Assembly (NCBI RefSeq): GCF_006345805.1
Contig: NC_043000.1
Span: 74,710,001 to 74,774,000, forward strand
Source of the DNA: Octopus sinensis
Lineage: Eukaryota
Direction of reading: 5' to 3'
DNA length: 64,000 nt
Shown: positions 1 to 13,394 of the stretch, in pieces
Layout of the letters: each line of letters starts with the position of its first letter
Numbering within the stretch: the first letter of the stretch is position 1
Position numbers and translations under genes: made by a program
The notes under the pieces: generated by a model
Told to the model about the DNA's origin: nothing
Seen by the model: the letters and a program-made list of their open reading frames with translations, nothing else
The model's database searches: none

Positions 1-275
1 CTGGGAAGCCAGGGGCTGCTCCAGGCTCCAGTCTTATCTGGCAGAGTTTCTACGGCTGGATGCCCTTCCTAACGCCAACCACTCCGCGAGTGTAGTGGGT
101 GCTCTTTACGTGCCACCTGCACAGGTGCCAGGGCGGGTCCGGCATCGGCCACGATCGGTTGGAGCTTTTAACGTGCCAATGGCACGGAAGCCAGCCAAGG
201 TGGTGCTGGCAACATTCGGATGGTGCTTTTTATGTGCCACTGGCACAGAAGCCAGTCATGGCGGCGCTGGCATAA
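1..275 (-). mobile_element. RTE LINE 3' UTR fragment (runs off the window start)
   Basis: Reverse complement of the 3' UTR seen after the RTE ORFs at 3430-4100 and 55200-55840 (GGATGCCCTTCCTAACGCCAACCACTCC block and GTGCCACCGGCAC units). Confidence 0.8.
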
Positions 276-277
276 AG

Positions 278-309
<32 letters not shown>

Positions 310-399
310 ATAGTGTAAAATATGATAGCGTAGTGTACACGGGTTGAACTTAAGACTATTGTTGTTTGTCTATGAATCCTGCCAAATGTGAGCTCTTTT

Positions 400-3300
400 T
401 TCACTTACATGACGCCGCTGTCCCCCATCCCAGGGTCTCCCACACCCTCAGGGTTGACACTCTCGATGTCAGCACACTGAAAGGTAGGTCTGGTGAGATT
501 GTTGAGATGCTTGAACGGAAATGTGTTGATATGTGCTGCATCCAAGAAGTTAGGTGGAGAGGAGGTTCTGCTAGGTTCCTCATAGGCAAAGAACACAGGT
601 ACAAGATTTTCTGGGCAGGGAACACTGACGGGGTTGGGGGTGTGGGTATACTTCTTGCGGAGAAATGGGTAGATGAGGTAATTGAGATAGTCAGAGTATG
701 CGACAGAATACTTAAGATTAGATTAGTGCTCCACCATTATCTTGGCCTTTGCCCCTCAGCCATGGCTACTCGATGGACAGAAAAACCGATTCTATGACAC
801 CCTCTTGCAGACTACCGTGTTGATGAATGGCAGGGACCTTCTCTTTGTGGCTGGTGACTTCAATAGACAGTTGGACAACGTCGAGAGTTTCCATGGCATA
901 CATGGAGGCTACGGTTTTCGCTCTCACAATGAGGAGGGAACCAGACTGCTGGAGTTTTGCGACGTAAATGATCTTATGGTTTGCAATACTAACTTCAGAA
1001 AACCTGCCAGCCACCTAGTCACCTACCGATCAGGCAGACACACTAGTCAGATTGACTACATCCTCACCAGAAAAAGGGAAAAATGGCTGCTTATAAATGC
1101 CAAAACCTTCCTAGGTGAAGAATGTACTCCGCAACATAGACTGGTAGTTAGTGACTTCTGGGTAAGGGCTAAATGGATGTCCAGAAGACGACCAGCAAGG
1201 AGGAGAAGGGTCTGGAGTCTTAAAGAGCCCACAAATGGACAGAGATTTAAAGACATATTACTCAAAGCCTTTGATGAAATAGAAGGGGATATAGCTTCAC
1301 ATGGGATAGAAGACAACTGGAGGTTCCTACGGAACAACCTGCTAAGGGCCATCAACCAGATCTGTGGATGGTGCAAAGTCCCCTCACGACCCAAAATAAC
1401 ATGGTGGTGGAACAATGTTGTTGACAAGGCTATTAAACAAAAGAAACAGGCTCGGAAGGATTGGAAAAACTGTAGTAGCAGGGAATTGTATCAGACTGCC
1501 AGAAGGGAAGCTAGGAGGCAGGTTTATTTAGCCAGTGGAGAGATAAAAAATTTACCTATGTTCTGCGCCATGAGGACGAAAGACTTGAGGTATTTCGTGT
1601 TGCAAGACAGTGTGTGAGAGAGAAGCGTGATGTTGTAGGAGAGAAATGTGCTTGCATGGATGATGGTTCACTTGTGCTAAATGAGGATGCAAAGAGAGAA
1701 GTTTGGAGACACCACTATGAAAAGTTGATGAATAAAGAAAATGAATGGGATAAAGAGAGTCTACTGATTGTCAACCCAACAGAGGGACCAGCTATCCGAG
1801 TTGACAGTACCTTGGTAGATAAGGCAATTAGAAGTACGATGACAGGGAAAGCCCCAGGTCTATCAGGAATTACTGCAGAGATGCTCAAAATATCTGGCAG
1901 TGTCGGCTATAGCCTAGTCACCCGTATAGTTAACCGGGTGATACACGAAGGTGTCATACCCAATGACTGGTATAGCAGCATAATAGTCAACTGCTACAAA
2001 GGTAAAGGTGACGCTCTAGATACAAATAATTACAGAGGTATCAAGCTGTTGGATCAGGTAATGAAGGTCACTGAGGGGGTCATAGCCCAACTGATTAGGG
2101 AGAGAGTCAGCTTGGATAAGATACAGTTTGGCTTTGTGCCAGGGAAAAGCACCACTGATGTCATATTTCTGGTAAGACAGCTGCAGGAGAAATACCTAGC
2201 CAAAGATAATCCCCTATACCTGGCTTTCGTTGACATGGAGAAAGCCTTTGACAGGGTCCTCCATTCCCTTATCTGGTGGTCAATGAGGAAACTAGGGATA
2301 GATGAATGGTTAGTGAGAGCTGTGCAAGCCATGTACAGGGACGCTGTTAGTAAGGTCAGGGTTGGCAACGAGTACACTGAAGAATTCAGGGTAGAGGTAG
2401 GGTGTCCATCAAGGTTCAGTCCTCAGCCCCCTCCTATTTATCATAGTCCTCCAGGCAATAACGGAGGAATTCAAGACAGGATGCCCCTGGGAGCTCCTCT
2501 ATGCTGATGACCCTGCTCTAATTGCTGAGTCACTATCAGAACTAGAGGAGAGGTTTCAGGTGTGGAAACAAGGATTAGAATCAAAGGGCCTTAGAGTCAA
2601 CCTAGCTAAAACCAAAGTCCTAATAAGTAGGAAGGCAGGCAAACCACAAATCCTTTCAGGTAGATGGCCCTGCTCAATCTGTAGTAGAGGCATAGGTAGA
2701 AACTCTATAAGATGTACCCAGCGTAAGCTATGGACACATAAGAGGTGCAGTAATATCAAAGGAAGGCTAACGGGGAAGATATTTTTTGTATGTGGCTGAT
2801 GCTCAGGAGCAATATGCACTGAAAATGTGCACATTCCTGAAAACTAGAAGTAGTTGATAGCTTCCGTTACCTAGGTGACCAAGTCAGTAGCGGGGGAGAG
2901 TGCGCTGAAAGTGTAGCTGCTAGAATAAGAATAGCTTGGGCAAAGTTCAGAGAGCTCTTACCTCTGCTTGTGACAAAGGCCTCTCGCTCAGAGTAAAAGG
3001 CAGACTGTATGACGCATGTGTACGAACAGCCATGCTACATGGCAGTGAACCATGGGCTGTGACTGCGGATGACATGCATAAGCTCGCAAGAAATGAAGCC
3101 AGTATGATCCGATGGATGTGTAATGTCAATGTGCATACTCGACAGAGTGTAAGTACTTTGAAAGAAAAGTTGGACCTAAGAAGCATCAGATGTGGGGTGC
3201 AAGAGAGACGACTGCGCTGGTATGGTCATGTGGCGAGAATGGATGAGGACAGCTGTGTGAAAAAGTGCCACACCCTGGCGGTTGAGGGAACCTGTGGAAG

Positions 3301-4109
3301 AGGTAGACCCAGGAAGACCTGAGATGAAGTGGTGAAGCACTACCTTCGAACTTTGGGCCTCACCAAGGCAATGACTAGTGAATGAGACTTTTGGAAATTT
3401 GCCCTGTGTGAGAAGACCCGGCAAGCCAAATGAGACCATATTCTCTTGGCCTATGCCAGGGGCGTTACCAGCCCACTTATGCATACCTTTTCCTTCTTTG
3501 GACACTAAAACTCTGCTTGCGAAGACTTGTTGAGGCAAGTGAAATCAAAAATCAAAATCAAATTCGATGACTGGTGTCCATGCTAGCTGGGTGCAAAGAG
3601 CACCATACGAGTGTGATCAGTGACAGAGCAGCTAACTGACTTCTGTGCCAGTGGCACTTAAAGGGCACTATTCGAGTGTGATCGTTACAAGCGTCGCATT
3701 ACTGGAACTCGAGCCCAGTGCTAGTAGGGTATTAAGAGCACCATCCGAGCTTGATCATTGCCAGAGCGGATGCCTGACCTCTGTACTGGTGGCATGTAAA
3801 AAAACACCATTCGAGCGTGATCGTTACCAGCATCGCCTTACTGGCACCCGCGTCGGTGGCATGTGTAAAAGATTCAAGCGAGGTCGTTGCCAGTGCCGCC
3901 TGATTGGCCCCGTGCCGGTGGAACGTAAAAGCACCCACTACACTCTCGGAGTGGTTGGCAGTAGGAAGGGCATCCAGCTGTAGAATCTCTGCCAGATCAA
4001 AATTGAAGCCTGGTGCAGCCATCTGGTTTGCCAGCCCTCAGTCATACATCCAACCCATGCTAGCATGGAAAGCAGACGTTAAACGATGATGATGATGATG
4101 ATGGTGATG
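400..4109 (+). mobile_element. Near full-length RTE-clade LINE with APE endonuclease, RT and PHD finger; frameshifted
   Basis: ORFs 366-797, 742-1617, 1614-2507, 2560-2799 and 2936-3322 give APE motifs (MCCIQEVRW, VAGDFN, SQIDYIL, QHRLVV) and RT motifs (NYRGIKLL, FVDMEKAFD, LLYADD, AMLHGSEPW, RLRWYGHV, RGRPRKT). A 3' UTR with a (GAT)n tail follows at 4085-4109. Confidence 0.93.
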
Positions 4110-4622
4110 TGTATATATATATATATATATAAATATAAATCTCTCTCTTTTATTTGTCATCAGTCACATATTCCATAATTTTATTTTCTGATTTCTAATC
4201 ATATCAAACCACGTGCATTATTGTCTGTATTATGCCCCTATAATTATTTCAGCAAATTACCACGTACAAAATAATTTTCCCCCTATTGTTATCCATTTTC
4301 CTCCTCTGAGTAGTATCTATTGTGTGTTATTTTATTTCCCCTATATTTGTAATTTAAGTTTATTATATGTTTATTATAGAAGTCCTCACTAGGGTATTAC
4401 TCCATATACTTCTAAGCATTTATTTGTGAATGCATATTCATATACTTATTAATAATTACTTATACATGTAGGTGTATTTCTATAACTCTTACAGCAAACT
4501 ACCCCACACAATATTGCATTCCTTTCATCTCTATCCTAACCTAAATACTCTTTATCTTTTGATAATTACAATTACCTTTATAAATAAATAAATATACATA
4601 TATATATATATATATTATATAT

Positions 4623-4665
<43 letters not shown>

Positions 4666-4799
4666 AAAGATAAATGCGATACAATAAAATTAATTATAAT
4701 CGCCGATGTGTGGGAAACTCTGGCTGTGACTGTTGGTGTGTTTGTTTGCAGAAGTTGTTAGCTGAATAAATCTTGGGGTTGATATCTTCAGCTAAAGGC

Positions 4800-6010
4800 A
4801 GCATGGTCGCAGTCACTTCACAAGTAAAACAATAAAAAAACTATGCCATTTTAATCCTGAGCAATGCCAGGTATTTCTGCTAGTACTTAATAATTGATGT
4901 ATGCTCTTTAATAATTTTCTACTTATTTCAAACAGAAAGCATTCTTGAAGCATAGGCACCCTTAATGATGAAATGACAAAAAAAGGCCTGCGCTTACTTT
5001 TCATGCTTAAGTTCAAGCTTTGGCACAATGCCTCGCAAACGGCTGCCAGTATCAACAGAGCCTGGGGAGAGGGTTTCACAAGTGATTGCACAGTACAAAG
5101 ATGGTTTCAGAAATTGCATAGTGGGGATGAGCGCCTTGAAGATGTAGAAGGTAGAAGACAGTCATGCAGTCTTAACAATGGACAATTGAAAGCAGTTGTT
5201 GAACGAAAGCTACATCAAAGTGTCAGGAAAATGTTTCAGTATTGCAATGGTCTTACGCAATCTGAAGAAGATTGGTGAGGTGAAAACGTTTGGTGTTTTG
5301 ATGTGTACTCAATGCTCTTTCTGTGAAACACCAATGATCCTGTGTTTGACTGAATAGTCACTTGTGAAGAAAAATGGATCCTTTATGATAACCGTGAATG
5401 ATCAGGTCAATGGCTTGATTATGATGAGTCCCCCAAACATTTCCCAAAATCAAAGCTGCATCAGTGAAAGATTATGGTGACTGTCTTCAATTGGTGTTGT
5501 CAATTACAGCTTTCTGAAAGCCAATCAGAGCATTACAGCAGAGGTTTACTGCAGTCAACTTGCTGAAATGCATGCTCACTTGTTAAAAATGAGACCTGCA
5601 GTGGTGAATCGGTGTAGCCCAATTCTGCTCCACGATAATGCAGAGCTACATGTTGCAAAAATAATGTTGCAGAAACTCACAGACTTGGGATACAAGACTT
5701 TACCATACCACATCATCCATATTCTCCTGATCTTTCACCCACTGACTACCATTTTCTTAAGCATTTAAACATGTTTTTAAGTAATAAAACGTTCAATCCA
5801 AACCAGAGGTGGAATCAGCTTTCAATAATTTTCTTAGCATCAGAGCCAATAAGTTTTTATCAATGAGGCATAAATAATCTCGTTGATTGATGATAGAGAT
5901 GCTTAGATGTTCATGGCTCATACTTTGAATAATCAAAACATTTCTATTGTTAATTTTCCCAGAATAAAATTATGTTTCTGAAATCAGCCATTATTTTTGG
6001 AACAACCTAA
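4800..6010 (+). mobile_element. Decayed mariner (Hsmar1/SETMAR-like) transposon
   Basis: ORF 4973-5278 (TVQRWFQKLHSGDERLEDVEG HTH) and 5568-5768 (PILLHDNA). Right TIR ...TTGGAACAACCTAA followed by TA at 6011. Left end not located. Confidence 0.8.
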
Positions 6011-6878
6011 TACAAGAGTAGAAATTTCAAGATCAGTGATAACTGACAAAAATAAAGATGGCAACCACACTACACTATGTGAAACTTTGTGGTATAAACA
6101 TTTTTTTTGTTTTCATAGTTGTCTTCATTTAGGTAAACTGAGGTGAAGTTAATTTGCCTGGCTTAAGGATAATACCAAGTATGTAAATGTTTTGATAATT
6201 ATTATCCAGCAAGGGAGTTTCTATGTGGTGGTATGAACAGCTAGAAATTGCTGCCAAATTTCCTTTTATCATCATAAGGAAAATGGACACCGCAAATAAA
6301 CACCTACATTTATTCAGTTATTATACCCATAGGTCATTGATTGCTCAGCTATTTAAACATCATCAGTTTATTTGTTTTATTAATTTATTTCAATGATTAT
6401 AGCTGCACATGTTTAAATCTAACCCATTCAGAAACTTGTCTGAAAATGATATCTTGTTAGTAGAAAAGTATTTTAGACATTACATCTAAGTAAAAGAAAT
6501 TAATGATAGCATCATATCATATCATAAAATTAAATATATCTTTTTTTCATTTATTTATTTGTTTTTGATAATAGTTGGCAACCAGTTCAGGCTGTTAGGG
6601 TAAGATTTCTGATTAGACAGGAAATTTAAGATGACATAATTATACAGACTGTGTTTCTGTTTTTTATTGTAATAGCTACTTTCACTGTTGTAGTTAGTGC
6701 TACTAGTTTACGTAATCCTACAATCTAAATTATTGTTACAGATAGGTTTATCAGATTTTGTAAAAGCATCTTCTGATGAAGATTGGGTGGTAGCCTTTGA
6801 TGGAAGATATGATTTTTGTTTCTGTTTTTTAAAGAAATCTCTCGATATTATCTCTGTTACTGTCTTTCCCTACCCTTG

Positions 6879-6923
<45 letters not shown>

Positions 6924-8558
6924 TAATTTCAGTCTGAATTCTTTGTTGATATTTATTATTTAGTAGTTTTCATCATAGTACATATATCAGATTTATCTAA
7001 GTGAATTTCTTGAAGCCTATACACTTTGGAAAGAACATGACATGTTCATTATACATTTCTCTGAGTGCATTACCGCATGCATATGAGAGAGAGAGAGAGA
7101 CTTATATGAAGTTTAAGTCCTAATTTTAGATTAATAGTTCTATAACTTAATTACTATACCAGTATAAATTTTGTGTAGTTATTGATTAAATAAAAATAAA
7201 AGTGCTTAGAATTTTATCTAAGGGTCCACCTGTGATCTGTTTCAATAAAGTGATGCTTTTATTAGTTAAATGATTATAACTGAACTACATGTAAAACATT
7301 ACTCACAATTTATATTGCCAAGTAAACAATTTTTCCTTTCTCTGATGAATGGCTCTAACCATAATAATTTCTTTTTCCTCATAGCTTAAAATTTGTTCAA
7401 CTGTTTGATTATAATTACCAAGAACAACATTTCATCACAACCAAGAAAATCATCAGATTTCTTTTTTAAACTCAGTTTTTCCAGACTGATATCGTAACGG
7501 TCATAGCTATGGCATTATGGCATTTTTATTTGAAGAAAAAAGTTTGATAACAAGACTTCATATATGGTACTAAAAAAATCATACTTGAGTATAAACAATG
7601 AAAGTGGAATATCTAAGAGATTAAATTATTTCATAATTCAAAAGAAAAATGTTACTTCAGCAAGATTTTCTTTCATCAAAGTCCTGAGATCTGATTTGAT
7701 AAATTTCAGAGTAGGAAACAGTCTTCTATATCAACCTATGTGAAAGGAATAGTTGTTACTGTCATAGCTGCATCTTTTCTCATTTCAGAGTAGATTAAAA
7801 TAAGATATGTTGTTTAGTTGCTGTATAAAATTCTTGTTTGAATTTCCCTAACTATATTTATCAGTTCCTTTTTATCAATTTACATTTTCTTTGCTTGTTC
7901 CATCTCACCTAAATACCTTTCAAAATTTAATTCATCATTGGAAGAGGATGAATGAAATTCAATTACAATATTGTTATTTTGAATATCCTGATCATGTTGT
8001 CTTGAGTTTTCTGGCAGTAGCCCCTTTATCTATATAGTAAGATCACAGAAGGTTTCCAACAGATATGAATGTATTCTTCAGTAAAAAAAAATTTTATTCA
8101 TTGAATCTACAAAGGTCAGCAAGATCTCAGTATCTAGAAGCTTTGCTTCATTTCTTTTTATTGGCAACACAATTTCATCTGTAGATCTTCTTCGTCTTTG
8201 AGGAGCATCTCCCTCAATAACGTGGCTGCTTATGGATAGGCAAGGAGAGATTCTCATTGTAAGACATCATTACAGAGTTGATCAATCAGTGAAACAGTAG
8301 GATTATCTTTATCTACAGGATTTTTGCAGCTATAGCTACTTGTCTCAGCTTATCAGAATTGTCAGAGGCTCTTTTAAACCATCTCTTATAGCTGATTGTA
8401 AGATGTGGACTGTGTAATATATTTTCCTTTGAACAAAGCAATATTTTACACTTTGACTTAATCATTATAATTATCTATTTGTTTTGCAAGATTTTTTATG
8501 TGAAATGGTGTGTTGAAACAGATATTGGCTAAACTGGCAAAATGACCATTCCTAAATA

Positions 8559-9854
8559 CGAGGGGCGTTCAATAAGTAATGCCTCTGACCCACTTCCCAT
8601 AGCAGTAGACCAACGAAACTTGGCACAGTTATTAGTCTTTTTCTACATAGGAACCACTCAGAGTTACACATTTCTCCCATCGTTTGATGCAACTCTAGAG
8701 ACCGTTTTTGTAGAAGACTCCAGCTTGGTCCCCCAACCACGACATGACTTCAGAAATCAAGGCTGCATCATCTGGGAAACGCTTTCCTTTCAAAAACAAC
8801 TTCATGGCTGGGAAGAGGTGAAAATCAGAGGGTGCAAGGTCAGGAGAGTAGGGGGATGGGGGAGGAGTTCATAGCCGCACGCCTGTGCTTCTGATCTGGC
8901 GACACACGAGTTGTAGACCGGAGCGTTGTCCTGCAGGAGGAGGATGCCTTAGCTGATCTTGCCCTGCCTCTTGATTTTGATAGCTTCTCTTAATTTCCTC
9001 AAAAGTGAAGCATAATAGGCTCCTGTAATTGTGGTACCCTTTGCCAGGAAATCTGTCATCACTACTCCGTCCTGGTCCAAGAAGACTGTGAGCATGACCT
9101 TGCCAGCGGAGGGCTGCACCCTTGCCTTCTTTGGAGGAGGTGAGTCATGGTGCTTTCACTGCATTGACTGGGCTTTGGTCTCTGGATCATAGTGATGGAC
9201 CCAGGTTTCATCCTGTGTAATCAGTCTTTTGAAAAATTTTGACTCATCTTCTTGGCACATCTCCAAATTCATCCTCGAGCACTCAACGCGTTCTTGCTTC
9301 TGGAAAGGTGTGAGCAACCTGGGAATCCATCTGGCAGACACCTTTTGCATATGCAAATGCTCATGAATGATAGTTTCCACAGACCCGGTACTAAACTTGA
9401 CCTCATGGGCTATTTGGTGAATAGTTATGCATCGATCTTCCAAAATGGCAGCCTCAACTTGATGGACAGATGCCTCATCAATGGCAGAAGGGGGGGGGGC
9501 GACCAGATCTGGGAGCTGTTTCCACAGAGTTCCAACCATGTTTGAATTCACGATGCCAGCGTTTTACAAGGTCATATGATGGGGCATCATCACCATAAGT
9601 TACTTTTATTTCATCAAAAGTCTCCCGTGGTGTGCGTCCTTTCAAATACAAAAACCGGATCACTGCTCGACACTCAACAGGCTCCATTTTACACTTGACT
9701 CAGTTCAAACACCTGTAAATCAGAAACCACAATTAGTTTAGAGCTGTAATTTGCCACTTAATCCATAGAGATATAAATAATTGCACATGTAAATTTTCAG
9801 CTAGATCAAACAACTGCAAGTGGGTCAGAAGCATTACTTATTGAACGCCCCTCG
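8559..9854 (-). mobile_element. Full-length DD34D mariner, 1296 bp, frameshifted transposase
   Basis: TIRs CGAGGGGCGTTCAATAAGTAATG at both ends with a TA duplication. Motifs MEPVECRAVIRFLY, ITQDETWVHHY, LLLQDNA and HPPYSPDLAPSDFHLFP. The left flank matches the Penelope terminal repeat at 28745-28795. Confidence 0.95.
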
Positions 9855-9919
9855 TATAACAATATTATTATTATCCATTGTTCTCTTTTGACATAGACCA
9901 GTAGGCTGCAATAAGAAGT

Positions 9920-10640
9920 ACATTTCATCATCACCATTTTGCATCTGATTTTTTCATGCCAATGTGGGTTGGATGGATCTGTTTCAGCACAGTACCTTTT
10001 CATTTGTTATAGCTACTTGTTAGCTTTTCCTTGAGGTTAAGCATCCTGAGATTAGCCTCTTCTGCCTTCTCCCTGTATTGATACTTCATCCTTCAACTGC
10101 AGTCTTTCAAACATAACAGGTTTACTCTAGTGCTGTCTTTTCTCTTGCACATTACTACTGACTCCTCTAAAGTCCACATTTTTCTCTCAGCTTACTTATG
10201 ATCCACAGTCCACACATCCTAACATTACACACTCATAGGAAAATGTTCACCACATTTTCTGGTTTTATCACATAGTCTGCATTTTGTGCCTATGTAGTAT
10301 CACACTTCTCAAGCAAGCATCATACAATCTGCCTTTCATTCACAAAAAGAAAAAAATAGTTTCCAATAATAGTTCCTTGAATTTGTACCCCATCCTAACT
10401 CTAGTTTCTCTGTTTTTACAATCTCATCACCCTCTTAGATAACAGAAGCTACCAACTACTCCTACTGAATTTTCTGGACATTTGAAATATTGAATTTAAT
10501 GAGTATGTCTTCTATGTGTGTAATTTTTCTCTCAGCTGCTTGAGGTCTTATTGTACCTTTTTTACATCCATAGTTTCCCTTGGTATACTCATTGTATACA
10601 GTTCCAGTTTACTCCTTTTCTGCATAGCAAGTATGGCAAT
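9920..10640 (-). mobile_element. Highly decayed RTE fragment
   Basis: CATCATCACCATTTTGC...TTTTTCATGCC tail at about 9925 and a KGRLYDACLR-like segment (CAAGCATCATACAATCTGCCTTTCA) at about 10315. Confidence 0.55.
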
Positions 10641-13394
10641 ATTTCAGGTGGCGGTAGAGTTATATATCTTTTCCTGCTAAATGTTTTGTTTTTACTTGAT
10701 TAACATTTAGGCTTCTCAATTTGAGACACTATTTGCACATTTAAAGTTCTTTCAATTCTTTGAGAAATTGAAGAACTTCAATTGTGATGAGAATTAGGTT
10801 GTTGGCATTCAGAAGTAGGTGATATCATAAAGTAAAAAGCAAAAGTTCTGACTTTATAACTGAGAAGAAATCTAAACCTGACAATAAACCTGCTCCTTTG
10901 TTTCTCTAACCATACTTCTACATGGCCCGACTTCATTGATTAGCTACTTTGACTGAACATCTTATATATTCCATTGTATATTGGGAAGACAGACCCCATC
11001 GGTGGGGGTGGTGCTTTTATGAACATCTCATCAATATTTGAGAATCCTCAAATCTGTAGCTTGTCACTTTACCTTATGTAGCCATTCCTTACCATATCTG
11101 TCTGTAGAATACTTTTTGTGTTTGGGAGACTTGCCAACACATAAAAAAAAACAACAAAAAAACAATACCTCATTTTTAACTTTGCATGGTATAAAGTATC
11201 TACCTCAGCCTTTTCTGATTGTGTGTCTGTTTAGTTGCCATTATGTACATACACTCTATGCTATTTTTCCAGTTATTGTCAGATTTATTTTTTTTTTAGT
11301 TAGATTTTTAGATTCCAGATTTTACCCTCTCTCTATGATATTCTGTTCTCCTAATGCCTTACTTGAAACTCTTTTCCCAGAACTTATACCACAAACAATT
11401 CACTCTGATCATTAGTATAGTCTGCCATCTCCTTTCTTCCTTCGGGAACCCCACTTGCACTTTAAAATAGGGTTCACTAAAGTAATTTGTATTGTCCTTG
11501 CACAATTTTGAGCCTGAACTGCTTTATCAATATGAATAAGATTTGATTTTTAAAAAAATATTCATTTGAAATACTATATGGAAATTCAAAATGCCTTAGT
11601 AGATATCATGTTGTTGGCATATACTAGTAAACAAGTTACACCAACTGGCCAAAAGGACAAGTGCACACTTTTCATGAAGACAGTTTAATAAAGATACTCA
11701 ATACGAGTACTGTACATTTATTACTTATTTACAATAGTGTTAATTGTTTGACAATCTTAAATTTACTCTTTCTGTTTTTTTAAATGTACCCCCATAATGG
11801 CAACTACCAATTGTAAGACGTGTCAATAGTATTCACAAAAGTATTTAAAATTCTATCAGTATTTGCCAATAAAACAATGCCTGTGTGCTTGTTATGTAAA
11901 AAAAAAAGCTTTCATTATTGATGCAAATAACTTTTGTAGAAAACAGAGAGGAAAGATTATAAAATGGTCAAATTATCATTTTTTTAAATGCCCACCAAGG
12001 TTGATTATGAAGAAAGTTTGAAGGTAACATGCACCCTCTCTCTCTTAAGATAAAGAAAAGAAAATTACATGGTATTAGCAAGGATATTATTTTATCAGCT
12101 ATTAGAGATGTAATTGACACTGTTATGAAGGAAGACCATTTTGAAATGCATACCTTTAAGTGCAAGGGCATTGAGTCAATACTTAGATGAAATGGCCATT
12201 AACCATTAACTTTGAAGTCAGAGTTTCAGCATTTGCAGGTTTTCTATCCAATCTAATGAATCAACATTTGTAATTCAAATATTCTCATGGTCTATGTGAG
12301 GTATAAAGCCAAATCTTAAAGTGTATTGTTGATGAATTTTTGTTTGCTAATTAACTTAAAATTGAGGCAAAAGGGAGACAATTTTGCAATACTTGAAGGA
12401 TTTGGAAAAACTTGATGTTCCTCCTGAGAATATTAGTGCAGTGGCTGTATGAAAGCTTAAGTAAACTTATCTCATCTGGCATTCCCATGTCCTCAGTCAC
12501 ACACTGTCTAGAACTACCATTTTGCTCCTGCACCCACTGTTGTATGTGTGTCTTCATTTCCTGCATCACTCTTTCTTATGGTCTTAAGTTCTTGATCTAC
12601 ATAACTGACCATTTTGATTGCATTTCTTTCAGCCTTAATACTGTATATCATCTCTGACTACTTCCCTATTTGAGTACTCCAACACCATTACGTTAAAGAG
12701 ACTTGACAACACAAGGGACAAGATCATATTTCCAACCTGAAAATTTATGCTCCTTAACTTTTGTTTCTGTATGTGTGTGGTTGCATGCACACTTGTTTTT
12801 GACACAGTCTTTCATAATGTGACTCTTACAACTCCCTGCCCTTATCACTCTCCTGTCTGAGTAGAATGCTAAATTTAAATTATTTGAACCAGTAAATGCT
12901 TGCTGTTTCCTTACTATTTAATGTTCTTCTTTTGTTCTTTCTCTTTATATCGACCTTCATATACCGATTCTCTTATTTCATCTCTCTCATTCCCAACATA
13001 ATCCTCTTCATATTTTCATGGAAATTTGTTCTGTACGCTCAACCTACAACCAACCAGATCAATGCATTTTTTCTCCACCCTCCATGAAATGTTAGATTTT
13101 TTGCTCTTCACCACAGTCCAATATTATATTGTCTGAACTCTTATTTATATCCAGTTTACAACTATTGATATTGCTAGGCTATATGCTATATAAAAGGCAT
13201 GAATCTTTCTTTTGTTGCAAGTAAACCAAGTTATTAATGGCAACAGCCATGACTATTCATGGGTGCCCTTTACATGGTACTGTCACTGACCATGACTCGC
13301 AGGTGAAACATCCACAACTACAACTAAAATTCATGGGTGCCATTTACATGGCACAACTACAATTTCACATGGCCTGACAAGTCTTGTTATGTGC

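Noticed and set aside
6697-6879. Short ORF after a CAG as the missing upstream srGAP exon
   Set aside because: No similarity to the expected F-BAR segment and no suitable donor site.
10900-11460. Possible CR1/L2 endonuclease remnant (GAAGACAGACCCCATCGGTGGGGGTGGTGC)
   Set aside because: Only one weak motif, too decayed to support a call.
12351-12657. ORF with a faint Tc1-like HTH feel
   Set aside because: No catalytic motif or TIR found.
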